Shown: positions 20,951 to 30,681 of the stretch, piece by piece
How positions within the stretch are numbered: the stretch's first letter is position 1
How the letters are laid out: each line of letters starts with the position of its first letter
Assembly (NCBI GenBank): GCA_964007735.1
Contig: CAXGAI010000008.1
Location: 62,001 to 126,000 of the forward strand
Length of the DNA stretch: 64,000 nt
Direction of reading: 5' to 3'
Origin: an uncultured Rhodopirellula sp.
Lineage (GTDB): Bacteria; Planctomycetota; Planctomycetia; Pirellulales; Pirellulaceae
Program-made: the position numbers and the translations under genes
Notes under the pieces: generated by a model
Database searches by the model: none
The model's input: the letters and a program-made list of their open reading frames with translations, nothing else
What the model was told of the DNA's origin: nothing

Positions 20951-21154
20951 ATGCCACAGGGCAAAATCAAACGACTAGTAGCTGACCGGGGATTTGGATT
21001 CATTGAAACAGATGGAAACGATGACCTCTTCTTTCACCTAAGTTCTTTAGTAGATGACCTTAACTTCGAAGAACTCGCTGAAGGTGACGTACTTGAATAT
21101 GAAGTTGGCGAAACGCCTAAAGGTAAACGAGCGGAAAACGTTCGACGACCTTAA
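20951..21154 (+). CDS. Cold-shock domain protein
   Basis: RGFGFI (RNP1), DLFFHLS (RNP2), KGKRAENV; 67 aa. Confidence 0.95.
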   Translation: MPQGKIKRLVADRGFGFIETDGNDDLFFHLSSLVDDLNFEELAEGDVLEYEVGETPKGKRAENVRRP

Positions 21155-21182
21155 GTAGGCCGAGACCAAAATCAAAGTGATT

Positions 21183-21212
21183 AGCTCCACCAGAAATCGG
21201 TGGTAGCTCTTT
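21183..21212 (+). terminator. Possible intrinsic terminator after the cold-shock gene
   Basis: AGCT-CCACC / GGTGG-T-AGCT bulged hairpin followed by CTTT; the U-tract is short. Confidence 0.35.
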
Positions 21213-21319
21213 GCTAGCTGAACTGCAGAATGAATTTTATGCCAGTCCACACTTTGTGCTGCGCACTAAAGACTGCTTGTGCTTTTACTTCTCGTGCGGA
21301 TGATAACCGCGATGAGGAA

Positions 21320-21670
21320 TTAGTACGAGGCTAGGCCTGTTGATAAATCCGGGTGAATGCTAAAAAGTGTGTTAAGGCGGGTGATGGCAAAGATCTTCTC
21401 GATCTCGGGAGTCACGGCTACCAATCGCAACTCGCTACCAACTCCCTTCACTTTCTTGTGAAGCATGATGAACCGATTTAAGGCCGCGCTGGATAGAAAA
21501 TGCACGTTCGACATATCCAGAAGAATCTTCTCTACACCTGAATCGACGACCTGAAACAACTCGTCACCCATCTGTATGATGTCACCATCATCGAGAAACT
21601 TTGGTTGTGAAAACGCAACAACAGTTACATCGCCGTTCTGAGATAAGCTGATCTTTTCCATAATCTTCAT
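21320..21670 (-). CDS. STAS-domain anti-sigma factor antagonist
   Basis: LLDMSNVHFLSSAAL (phosphorylatable Ser motif); IFAITRL. Confidence 0.9.
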   Translation of the reverse strand: MKIMEKISLSQNGDVTVVAFSQPKFLDDGDIIQMGDELFQVVDSGVEKILLDMSNVHFLSSAALNRFIMLHKKVKGVGSELRLVAVTPEIEKIFAITRLNTLFSIHPDLSTGLASY

Positions 21671-21801
21671 CTACCCAAACTGAGGTGTATTCCGACTCTT
21701 CAACATAAAGCACCAGCCCTCACAAGCTGATAAAATATCAGAGCTCCTATAGAACTCTAACACTAATTCATCAGCTGTTACCCTTTTATAAAAAAAATCT
21801 C

Positions 21802-23151
21802 ATGAAAAGATCCCTTTGCCTCCTCCTATTGTTGTTCATGAGTCCTTCTCAGGCTGCTGACTTTTCATTGTCAACCTTTTCAGCCGATGTCACAATTCCG
21901 TTAGGTCACCGATGCATGGGGGTCCTTCCTACTAAAAGTAAGCGTATTGCGGATCCCTTATTTGCTCACGGTTTTGTATTGCAAGGAGGTCCCCAACCTG
22001 TCGTTCTTTGTGCGTTGGATTGGTGCGAAGTACGTAATGGTGCCTTTGAACAATGGCGCCATGCATTGGCCAAAGCAGCCGGGACCTCTCCGCAATATGT
22101 TTTGGTCACGGCCTTACATCAACACGATGCGCCCGTTGTTGACCTCGACGCGCAAAACCTGCTTGATAAAGTTGGCTTGCATAACGAGCTTTACCAGGTC
22201 GACTGGCACGATGAGACACTTGCTCGTGTTAGTCAGGCCGTGAAGGATAGCCTCGAACTAGCCTCGCCGGTAACACACTATGGTACCAGTGAGGTAAAGG
22301 TGGAGAATATTGCCAGTAATCGACGAGTCGTATTAGGAAACGGAAATGTTACCTATAGTCGTGGGAGCCGGAGTGGCGGAAATGAGTACATGGCCAAGGC
22401 CCCTGAAGGGGATATCGACCCCATGCTCAAAACCATCACGTTTTTTAATCATGACAAAGCACTCCTGCAATTACACCACTATGCAACGCACCCAATGAGC
22501 TACTATGGTCAGGGAGTCGTTTCAGCAGATTTTGTCGGTTTAGCGAGAGCACGCTTGCAACGTGAAAACCAGTCTATCAGGCAGATCTTCGTCCCCGGCT
22601 GTGGTGGTGATGTCACCGCCGGCAAATACAATAATGGCTCAGAAGATCATCGACAGGAACTCATTGAACGGTTGTACAATGCCATGTCCATAGCCTCCCG
22701 GAACACTCAGAAGTATGAGCTAAAAACGGTTACATTTCGCATTGCTCCACTCTCGCTTCCATTTCATCCTGGTGAACATTTAACCCAAGAAAAACTTTCG
22801 GCAGATTTAGATAATCCTGAGTTAACTACTGAGAAACGGATTCTTGCAGCCATGGGTCTTGCTAGTCGGAATCGAGTCGAGGCTGATAAGCCGCTGGACT
22901 TTCCCTGTGTGGATCTAGGAAACGCTCAAATTGCATTATTTCCCGGAGAGACTTTCATTGGTTACCAATTAATCACTCAGGAATATGCGGGAGACAACTT
23001 TGTAATGTGCGTTGCATACGGCGATGCTTGGACTGGTTATCTCCCAACTGATGCAACCTTCAACGAAAATTTCAGCGACTCATGGCTGTGGGTTGGCAAG
23101 GGAAGTGAAAAGCAAATTCGAGAAGCCATAAAGAAGGTCATTCGCAACTAG
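21802..23151 (+). CDS. Neutral/alkaline ceramidase-like secreted hydrolase (planctomycete family)
   Basis: ADVTIPLG, DPLFAHGFVL, HQHDAP, YATHP, SADFVG, GCGGDV and PGETF pattern. Confidence 0.65.
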   Translation: MKRSLCLLLLLFMSPSQAADFSLSTFSADVTIPLGHRCMGVLPTKSKRIADPLFAHGFVLQGGPQPVVLCALDWCEVRNGAFEQWRHALAKAAGTSPQYVLVTALHQHDAPVVDLDAQNLLDKVGLHNELYQVDWHDETLARVSQAVKDSLELASPVTHYGTSEVKVENIASNRRVVLGNGNVTYSRGSRSGGNEYMAKAPEGDIDPMLKTITFFNHDKALLQLHHYATHPMSYYGQGVVSADFVGLARARLQRENQSIRQIFVPGCGGDVTAGKYNNGSEDHRQELIERLYNAMSIASRNTQKYELKTVTFRIAPLSLPFHPGEHLTQEKLSADLDNPELTTEKRILAAMGLASRNRVEADKPLDFPCVDLGNAQIALFPGETFIGYQLITQEYAGDNFVMCVAYGDAWTGYLPTDATFNENFSDSWLWVGKGSEKQIREAIKKVIRN

Positions 23152-24374
23152 TGGACATCGCTAACAAACCCAATCCACGCTGGAAACTACTTCAACAAGT
23201 CTGGGCAGTATTCGCACTGGCTCTGTTTATCGTCACTTTTCGGTTGTGGCTGCCCGATAGTGACTTTCCTGCGATTCCATTATTCTCCTCTTTTACATCA
23301 CCTGGCTTCCAGTCGGTATGGACTCACTATCCGCTGTTAGCACTTTGCGGACTCTCGCTACTCGCTTCATTGATAAAACCTAGTCCACGAAACTGGTTAA
23401 TGATCCTCGGTACGCTAGTGCTGATGTTTTTATTTAATCAACATCATCTACAACCCTGGGCCTTTCACTTAGCCCTAGGAGCGATCGTCTTTGCCACTTG
23501 CTCTGCAAATTCAGGAGTTCGTTTACTGAGGTTGCTTTGTATCAGCATCTATGTCTTTTCCGCAGTTGGTAAATTTGACTATCAGTTCATGCATACAGTG
23601 GGCCAACAATTCCTCAATGCGACTGTAGGGCTCATTGGTCATAATACCGATGCGTTGTCGCCGGAACTTAGTGCCAAGCTGACTTTAATTTTCCCCGCAT
23701 TTGAATTGCTGGTCGCAGTCCTGCTAAGTTTTACCAAAACCCGTAGGATTGGGATCATCGCTGCGATTATCCTGCATACAAATATCATCCTCATCCTTAG
23801 TCCGTTGGGACTCGGACATAAACCTGGGGTCCTCATATGGAATGGGTTGTTCATTGCTCTCATTCCAATCTTGTTCGCAATCCCATCTCAGCTTCCTGAG
23901 ATGAGTGAAGCGTCATTAGGGAGACGGATCGCCCGGTGGACTATCATCGCAGCGTCTCTACTTCCCGTTTTAGAACCTCACGGTAAATACGATCACTGGC
24001 TGGCTTGGGGACTTTACTCGCCGCGCACAAGCCGGGCAGAGATTAATATTCACTTGTACAAAATAAAAGAACTCCCGGAACTAGAGCCCTACCTGTTACC
24101 ACATTCTGGAGATATACCATTTCGTGAGTTAGACATTCGCAAATGGTCTCTGGCAGAACTCAATGTACCAATCTATCCGCAAGATCGATTCCAATTAGCC
24201 GTGGCCAGATATCTCGCTCATTCCTACAATCTTGAAAGCGGTATCGAGGTACATTTGATGGGAATTGCTGACCGATTTACCGGGCGGCGAGAAGTTGAAA
24301 TTCTTCGTGGCGCACATGAAATTGACATGCGTTGCCAAAAATTCCTTTTCTCGACCGACTATGTCATGCAGTGA
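23151..24374 (+). CDS. Polytopic membrane protein (HTTM/DoxX-MauE-like)
   Basis: About 8-9 hydrophobic segments; IYVFSAVGKF, FELLVAVLL, WLAWGLYS. The GTG start overlaps the upstream TAG (TAGTG). Confidence 0.65.
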   Translation: MDIANKPNPRWKLLQQVWAVFALALFIVTFRLWLPDSDFPAIPLFSSFTSPGFQSVWTHYPLLALCGLSLLASLIKPSPRNWLMILGTLVLMFLFNQHHLQPWAFHLALGAIVFATCSANSGVRLLRLLCISIYVFSAVGKFDYQFMHTVGQQFLNATVGLIGHNTDALSPELSAKLTLIFPAFELLVAVLLSFTKTRRIGIIAAIILHTNIILILSPLGLGHKPGVLIWNGLFIALIPILFAIPSQLPEMSEASLGRRIARWTIIAASLLPVLEPHGKYDHWLAWGLYSPRTSRAEINIHLYKIKELPELEPYLLPHSGDIPFRELDIRKWSLAELNVPIYPQDRFQLAVARYLAHSYNLESGIEVHLMGIADRFTGRREVEILRGAHEIDMRCQKFLFSTDYVMQ

Positions 24375-24382
24375 GCAGCGAG

Positions 24383-27300
24383 CTACTTTCTAAAGGCCGG
24401 ATGCTCGGGATTAGCACCACTGATGATATAAGCTATCAAATCCAGAATTTCTTCCTTAGTCATTGTATTCAGCAAGCCTTCGGGCATGATCGAAACTTTA
24501 GACTCATCCTGCTCATCAATATCTTCCTTCGCGATTTCAACAACACCACCATCTTCCTTGAGTGGATTATCCGAAAGCTTAATTACTTTGTCATTCTGTT
24601 CGACAATCACACCTGAGTACAACTTCCCTTCCAGTGTCGCAATGATCTGGGTACGGTACTTCTCTTCGATTACCTTGGAAGGCTCTGTCAGGGACTCAAT
24701 AATCTTCGCAACATCGGTCTTCTGCTCCGCCAATTTCTCTTGCAGGCCAAACATATCAGGAGCAAGTTTGCCACCCGTCCCCTTCATCGCATGACAAGCG
24801 ACACAAGATACCTGAGTGAATAATTGACGGCCGTTCTGGAAGTCTCGGCCTGATTCCAAATCGTTGATCGCGTTCAAAATATCCTGAGTGGACCACTTAC
24901 GGACGAATTGTCGCTGCGGTATATCTCCATGAGCAATAGCCGGAGCCGTCGGCTGCAGCGGGATATCGCTAATATCCGCTACCACGTGCATCGTCCCATA
25001 CATGGTTCGCCAGTGCCCGGGGAAGGTACATACATAGGCGTAATCACCGACTTCCGTCGGAGCTGTAATCTGCAATCGTTGTTGTTCGCCGGCTTGAAGC
25101 ATGCCTGTTGAGAACAACACCTTTGGACTGTCTGGCACAAACTGCTTCGCCAGACCTTCAGGAGTCGAGCCCAACTTCTCTGCCAAAATACCAACCTCTT
25201 CACGCGCTCCGGGGATCGTTACTAACAAATTATGAGGCATGATATCCACATTTTGGAAAACGATTTCCACCGGTTTACCGGCCTGCACGTAAATGTGAGG
25301 TCGATCATAAATCATGCGATGTGGCACAGGACGAATAACAATCACGTCCACCGCCAAATCAGCCAACTTACGACGAATCGAAATCGCAGCTTCCTTGCCT
25401 AACTGACCAGATAGATCTTTCCCCAGCTGAATCGCATCCATCACTGCGGTCTCCGTACGACTTTTCGCCGGAACCGATTCGATATAGGCGATCAGTTGGT
25501 CTAACAGTTTTGCAACCTCGGCTTTTGGTAACTGAGTACCATCCAGACGTCCGATCGATGTAATCGTGGAGTTGCGAACCGCCGCCTCTGAAACTAATGG
25601 GGCCAACACTGAAAATATTTCCTGGTCATGTCCGGCAATATAACTCACGGCATTCACTGCGGAGCGAGTCAGCTGAATCTTCGGATTCGCTCCATTTGCA
25701 TTTACGGCCACGCTTGGATTCGGAGCTTTATTGCCTGCCAGCTTGAAAACCGGCTTACGATTACCATCCAGGATCACCACCGTAAATCCATCTAGTCGGC
25801 TAACATACTCGGAATTGTTTTCCGTTCGATTCCAGAGAATGACACTGTCGATCGGAAACTCCTGACCGAGATCTACCTCCCAAAACGGATTATTTTGGGA
25901 GGTGGTATGCGTCTGGGTATTACTCGAATACGCACCGTTGGTATTCCCGTCTACCGCGCGAATGGCTACTCCACCAAAGTCCGTGGAAGACTGAGAAGCT
26001 TTCTTCTTCAGGGCAACATTCTTTCCTTCACTCATAACCTGAACTTCAGCCAATGTGAGGACCCGCTGTTTCCCAGGCAACTCAATTCGAACATATCGAC
26101 CTGCGGCACCTTTCGCATCACCAAGTTGCTGTGCCAAAGGAGCTGGCAATCCAGAGACCGAAGCCAGAACTCGTGTATAAAGAGACTCACGAACTTCATC
26201 ACTAGCAATTAATGGGATGGAGTCGAGTACCGTTCGGAAGCGAGCGGCATTGCCAAGGGACTGTTTCCAAACCTGTTCTGCCGAACCATCGGCTGCGATC
26301 AAAGCAGCTGTCGCCAGACGACGTGTCACGGCACGCTTGCCTGCCCGATGCAACTGAGCGATCTCTGCCCGCTTCATCTTGAGCATCGCAGGCTCTGTCA
26401 TACGAAACATATGCACGTATTCGCTTAAAACCTGTTCAGCATTGTCATCTGTCGAAATATCTAAATTTCGAACCGTGCTCACTAACTCAGCAACCATATC
26501 TGTCTGGTTGATCTTGGCAATTCCCATTAAAGCTTCATGACGATACTGATGCACAATACCCGGCCGATTCAAAATCGCTTTATAGACTGGCTCACTGCGA
26601 GTCATATTGATGAGGTCAGTCGTTGCTACACGATCAATAATGTACTCAATGGCTTTCGCATTACCCGCCGCAAACTCTTTACCTGAGCCGACAGCCTCTT
26701 TCCAAACCGGCTCCAAACGACGCGTCGCATGACGCAATGTGAAGTCAACGTAATAATCCAATTCATGATTCAAAGCCAACAGGGCAATTTCAGCGGCTTC
26801 ACTTTCATCAAAATAACTGCAGGCTCGAATGGCTTCCAAACGTACGCGGGAATGTTCATCCTCAACGGCTGTTCGCAGCATATCAAAGACCCCCGGAACC
26901 TTATGACGCCAGTAACTGATCACACGAATTGCGGCTGCTCGAGCATTATAATCCGGGGAAGAAGCAACTTGCTTCAACAGTGACAAACCAATACCGTCAG
27001 AGACATTATGATGCTGACAAACCCAGAGTGCTTCCAGCAGCAAATGTTCATATTGAGCATCTTCTTTATCCAAACCTGCGGTCCATTTCTCAACAGCGGT
27101 AGCCACCTCATCTGTCGGAAATTCACGCAACTTCAAACGAACTCGGTAACGGGTTCGATCTTCGAACGTACGCAACATTTCCAACAAGTCTGTGATTCCT
27201 TTCCCTTCAATCTCGGGCTTGGCAAGCAGTGGCCGTGAAGGGTAGGTTATACGCCATATACGGCCATGAGAGTGGTCTCGATTAGGGTCACGCAAACTGT

Positions 27301-29344
27301 GTTGCATATGTCCCACCAATGGATTAAACCAGTCGACTATATACAAAGCACCATCCGGACCAAACTGGATATCCACAGGTCGGAAGTTGCGATCAGAAGA
27401 ATACAAAATGGGCTCAATCTCAGTCGCTTCATAGCCTGAACCAGCTTCTTTCACTGTGTGCTGAAGAATTCCCTGAAATCCAATCACGTTGTTTAACAGG
27501 AAGTTACCTTGAGCTTCCGGGGGAAAGTGACGACTCGACACAAATTCACAACCCGAAGTTGGGCGTACACGCTTCTTGAGAAATTGATTCATTTTTTCCG
27601 TGTATTGGAACTTGAAGGGCCCAAAATCATCCTGACCATAGTATTCAGGCGCTCGAATGGAAAACGGTGCTGCAAAATAGTTTGCACCTCCTGAAGCATC
27701 GGCGACGAAGTTCTGACCCCATTTGTTAAACGCATGCCCCCATGGGTTAGCAAAGTTGTAGTGCACGTGGGTATTAAACTCCTGATTCGTGGGATCAAAA
27801 CGGTAAACACCACCATGAGCATTACGAACTGTTCCACGCGGTGTCTCTACCTGCGTCACATGAAAAGTGCCTTCGTGCATATAGATTCCGCCGCCAGGAC
27901 CCCAGGTAAACGCACCTATCGCATGGTGTGAATCACCAGAATCAAACCCACCAAGTAGGATTTTCTTGAGGTCTGCTTTACCATCCCCATCTGTGTCTTT
28001 AAGGAATACAAGATTTGGCTCCTGAGCAACGTAGGCGCCACCATCCCCCAACTCAAAACCAGTTGGCAAGTGTAGACCATCGGCAAATGTCTCCATCTTA
28101 TCGGCTTTACCGTCATCATCTTCATCGATGAAAACCAACAACTTATCATTTGGTTTATGGGGAGGCAGATACTGCGGATAGCTAGGCATTGTGGCAACCC
28201 ACAACCGCCCCTGCGTATCAAAGGTAAACTGAACAGGATTCTTCAGTTCAGGAAAATCAACTTCGCTGGCAAACAGATTAATCTCATATCCTTCAGCAAT
28301 CGTAAAGTGCTTTTTAGCATCTTCGGGTGGAAGAATATTCACTGGTGTGTTGAAGTTTGTTGGGACATCGTAGAGTTTTCTAGTTTCCGAATAATCATAT
28401 TCAGCAGGAACATCACGACCGTTAGCAATAGCCCAAATTCGCTGATCCACCGCGGTAGCCATTTCATCCAGTTTGGCTCGCTCATTTTCAATCACATAAG
28501 CATCAGTATAAGGTGGATTACCATGATCTCGACGAGACCGTCCACCATAGATGTAATAACCGTTTACAGCTCGATAGTTGTGGAAATAGTTAAAGTTCTT
28601 CTCTTGAATTTCAGGCAACAAAGCTTCCGCTATCTCATTCCATTTTGAATCGATACCAAACAAAGCTGTCATGAAGTGAGGTGCAAATCGCTTGTAACCG
28701 TCATCACTTAGGTGAACACCATTAAAGGTGTAAGGCTGGTCACTAGCCGCATAGAGTTTCTGTGACAAACTAAAAGAATCAATGAAGGGCACATCATGCT
28801 GCTTGGCAACTGCCTCCATAGCAGCCGCGTAAAGTGCCAGAGCGGTGTTTTGCACTTCGCCCTTTGGCAGATTCACATCGCCAGTATTTTCAAATGCCAA
28901 GGGTGAGATCAGAACAACGCGCGCTTTACTTTTACCGCTATAGTTCTGCTCCAGCGTATGAGACAGAAACTGGTCCAGTTCCTGAGTGAAGTTAGCCAAT
29001 CCCGCTTCACCACGGAAGGATTCACTAAATCCAAAGAAGGCAAAAATCACATCCGCTTTTGCTCTAGTCAGATGTTCATCAGGAGTACCGAAGTCCAGAG
29101 AGCGAGGACGAAATCGCACTTCGTCACCATTAAACCCCTGGTTCCTTACTGACAGATTCATCGCTTTGAACTGAGACTGCAGCAATGCTTCCCAATAGCC
29201 GAAGTATTGAAATCGCTCAGCAGTATTGCTGCCAATGAAAACAATTCGATCACCCTTTTGTAGATCCACTTGCGCTAAAAGCGTCGGGATAAATACAAAA
29301 ATCGTCAAAACGAAACAGAGTAAAGAAGACAGTCGCCTCATCAT
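24383..29344 (-). CDS. PVC-type heme-binding multidomain protein (SGNH-like + sugar dehydrogenase beta-propeller + HEAT + fucolectin/F5-8 + azurin + cytochrome c)
   Basis: FRPVDIQFGPDGALYIVDW propeller; RVRLEAIRAC HEAT repeats; RAVDGNTNG...THT...PFWEVDLG (F-type lectin-like); MPHN...CTFPGHWRTM (type-1 copper); CVACH; SIMPEGLL. Confidence 0.9.
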   Translation of the reverse strand: MMRRLSSLLCFVLTIFVFIPTLLAQVDLQKGDRIVFIGSNTAERFQYFGYWEALLQSQFKAMNLSVRNQGFNGDEVRFRPRSLDFGTPDEHLTRAKADVIFAFFGFSESFRGEAGLANFTQELDQFLSHTLEQNYSGKSKARVVLISPLAFENTGDVNLPKGEVQNTALALYAAAMEAVAKQHDVPFIDSFSLSQKLYAASDQPYTFNGVHLSDDGYKRFAPHFMTALFGIDSKWNEIAEALLPEIQEKNFNYFHNYRAVNGYYIYGGRSRRDHGNPPYTDAYVIENERAKLDEMATAVDQRIWAIANGRDVPAEYDYSETRKLYDVPTNFNTPVNILPPEDAKKHFTIAEGYEINLFASEVDFPELKNPVQFTFDTQGRLWVATMPSYPQYLPPHKPNDKLLVFIDEDDDGKADKMETFADGLHLPTGFELGDGGAYVAQEPNLVFLKDTDGDGKADLKKILLGGFDSGDSHHAIGAFTWGPGGGIYMHEGTFHVTQVETPRGTVRNAHGGVYRFDPTNQEFNTHVHYNFANPWGHAFNKWGQNFVADASGGANYFAAPFSIRAPEYYGQDDFGPFKFQYTEKMNQFLKKRVRPTSGCEFVSSRHFPPEAQGNFLLNNVIGFQGILQHTVKEAGSGYEATEIEPILYSSDRNFRPVDIQFGPDGALYIVDWFNPLVGHMQHSLRDPNRDHSHGRIWRITYPSRPLLAKPEIEGKGITDLLEMLRTFEDRTRYRVRLKLREFPTDEVATAVEKWTAGLDKEDAQYEHLLLEALWVCQHHNVSDGIGLSLLKQVASSPDYNARAAAIRVISYWRHKVPGVFDMLRTAVEDEHSRVRLEAIRACSYFDESEAAEIALLALNHELDYYVDFTLRHATRRLEPVWKEAVGSGKEFAAGNAKAIEYIIDRVATTDLINMTRSEPVYKAILNRPGIVHQYRHEALMGIAKINQTDMVAELVSTVRNLDISTDDNAEQVLSEYVHMFRMTEPAMLKMKRAEIAQLHRAGKRAVTRRLATAALIAADGSAEQVWKQSLGNAARFRTVLDSIPLIASDEVRESLYTRVLASVSGLPAPLAQQLGDAKGAAGRYVRIELPGKQRVLTLAEVQVMSEGKNVALKKKASQSSTDFGGVAIRAVDGNTNGAYSSNTQTHTTSQNNPFWEVDLGQEFPIDSVILWNRTENNSEYVSRLDGFTVVILDGNRKPVFKLAGNKAPNPSVAVNANGANPKIQLTRSAVNAVSYIAGHDQEIFSVLAPLVSEAAVRNSTITSIGRLDGTQLPKAEVAKLLDQLIAYIESVPAKSRTETAVMDAIQLGKDLSGQLGKEAAISIRRKLADLAVDVIVIRPVPHRMIYDRPHIYVQAGKPVEIVFQNVDIMPHNLLVTIPGAREEVGILAEKLGSTPEGLAKQFVPDSPKVLFSTGMLQAGEQQRLQITAPTEVGDYAYVCTFPGHWRTMYGTMHVVADISDIPLQPTAPAIAHGDIPQRQFVRKWSTQDILNAINDLESGRDFQNGRQLFTQVSCVACHAMKGTGGKLAPDMFGLQEKLAEQKTDVAKIIESLTEPSKVIEEKYRTQIIATLEGKLYSGVIVEQNDKVIKLSDNPLKEDGGVVEIAKEDIDEQDESKVSIMPEGLLNTMTKEEILDLIAYIISGANPEHPAFRK

Positions 29345-29484
29345 TTTTTGCCTTATTGGGGATAGTTATTTACTAACCGATTGATTCAGTTGATAAGATT
29401 CAGGAATAGAACACAATCTGAACCATTTAATGTAGTTATAAGAAGGGTGAGCTACTAGTCTCTAATAGCCCGGAGAACGTTGGG

Positions 29485-30675
29485 CTATCGTAATTCATCC
29501 AGCGTCTTTAACGCACAATTCACATGAATCGCAGAACCATACGGCAAGGCATCTTCATCCACTTTAAACATTGGATGATGGACGCTATAAGTTGCACCAA
29601 TATCGGGATTGCCAACACCCAGAAATGCAAAACATCCGGGAACTCGCTGGGTGTAATAGGCAAAGTCTTCGCCACCCATGACCGGTGGCATTTCCATCAC
29701 CTTGCCTGTACCAAGTACTTCTTCCATCGCAGACTTGCCTGCATCCCAACTCTGTTCATCATTCAAAGTAGGTGGGTAATCGTTTCCAGGAAAACTAACT
29801 TCCACTTCACACTGATTAGCCTGAGCAATACCCTCTGCCACCGCTTTCACTCGTGATTGCAAATGTCGCAAACCGTCAAGCGTCAAGGAGCGAATTGTTC
29901 CCTGCAGTTCCATCGACGGAGGAATCACATTATACGCACCGCCACCGTGCATCATCGTAATACTGATCACTCCGGATTCCAACGGATCTAACTCACGGGA
30001 AATGATCGTCTGCAGTTCGACGACGATTTTGGCGGCTGTGGCTACCGGATCAACCGCTTTGTGAGGCATTGCTGCATGGCCACCTTTACCGTGTACAACA
30101 ATCTTCAAGGAGCCGGCAGCGGCCATCAGTGTCCCTGCTCGTGCAGCCAACATCCCCGTTGGCAAATCGGCGCTGACGTGAAGACCATAAATTCTCTGAA
30201 CATCAGGATTCTCCAGGACACCTTCATCACTCATTTTTTCACCGCCTGCACCTCCTTCTTCCGCAGGCTGAAAAATCAACTTCACCGTTCCCCTAATAAG
30301 GCCTTCATTTTCTTTCAAAAGACGAGCTGCTCCAAGAAGCATTGCTGTATGACAATCATGTCCACAAGCATGCATTTTGCCATCAATCTCACTCTTAAAC
30401 TCGATATCAGCCTCTTCGTGAATTGGCAATGCGTCCATATCAGCCCGCAATGCTACACAAGGACCATCCCCGTTTCCGATCGTCCCCAGTACACCTGTAA
30501 TGGCGAGATCCTTTTGGTATTCAACCCCCAATTCATCAAGAGTTAGCTGGACCAACTTACTGGTTTCATATTCCTCGTACATCAATTCGGGATGCTGATG
30601 TAGTTTTCGGCGTAAACCTACAATCCATGGTTGAATTGCTTTTGCGTTAGATAAGATTTGCTCAGCGTCCATCAA
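29485..30675 (-). CDS. M20D amidohydrolase (HipO/Acy1-like)
   Basis: HQHPEL, RADMDALP, MHACGHDCH, FQPAEEG, GGEDF, HHPMF. Confidence 0.93.
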   Translation of the reverse strand: MMDAEQILSNAKAIQPWIVGLRRKLHQHPELMYEEYETSKLVQLTLDELGVEYQKDLAITGVLGTIGNGDGPCVALRADMDALPIHEEADIEFKSEIDGKMHACGHDCHTAMLLGAARLLKENEGLIRGTVKLIFQPAEEGGAGGEKMSDEGVLENPDVQRIYGLHVSADLPTGMLAARAGTLMAAAGSLKIVVHGKGGHAAMPHKAVDPVATAAKIVVELQTIISRELDPLESGVISITMMHGGGAYNVIPPSMELQGTIRSLTLDGLRHLQSRVKAVAEGIAQANQCEVEVSFPGNDYPPTLNDEQSWDAGKSAMEEVLGTGKVMEMPPVMGGEDFAYYTQRVPGCFAFLGVGNPDIGATYSVHHPMFKVDEDALPYGSAIHVNCALKTLDELR

Positions 30676-30681
30676 TAAACC

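Noticed and set aside
29465..29488. Hairpin ATAGCCC/GGGCTAT as a terminator of the catabolic cluster
   Set aside because: It overlaps the stop codon, has a 10-nt loop and lacks a U-tract on the minus strand; the support is too weak.
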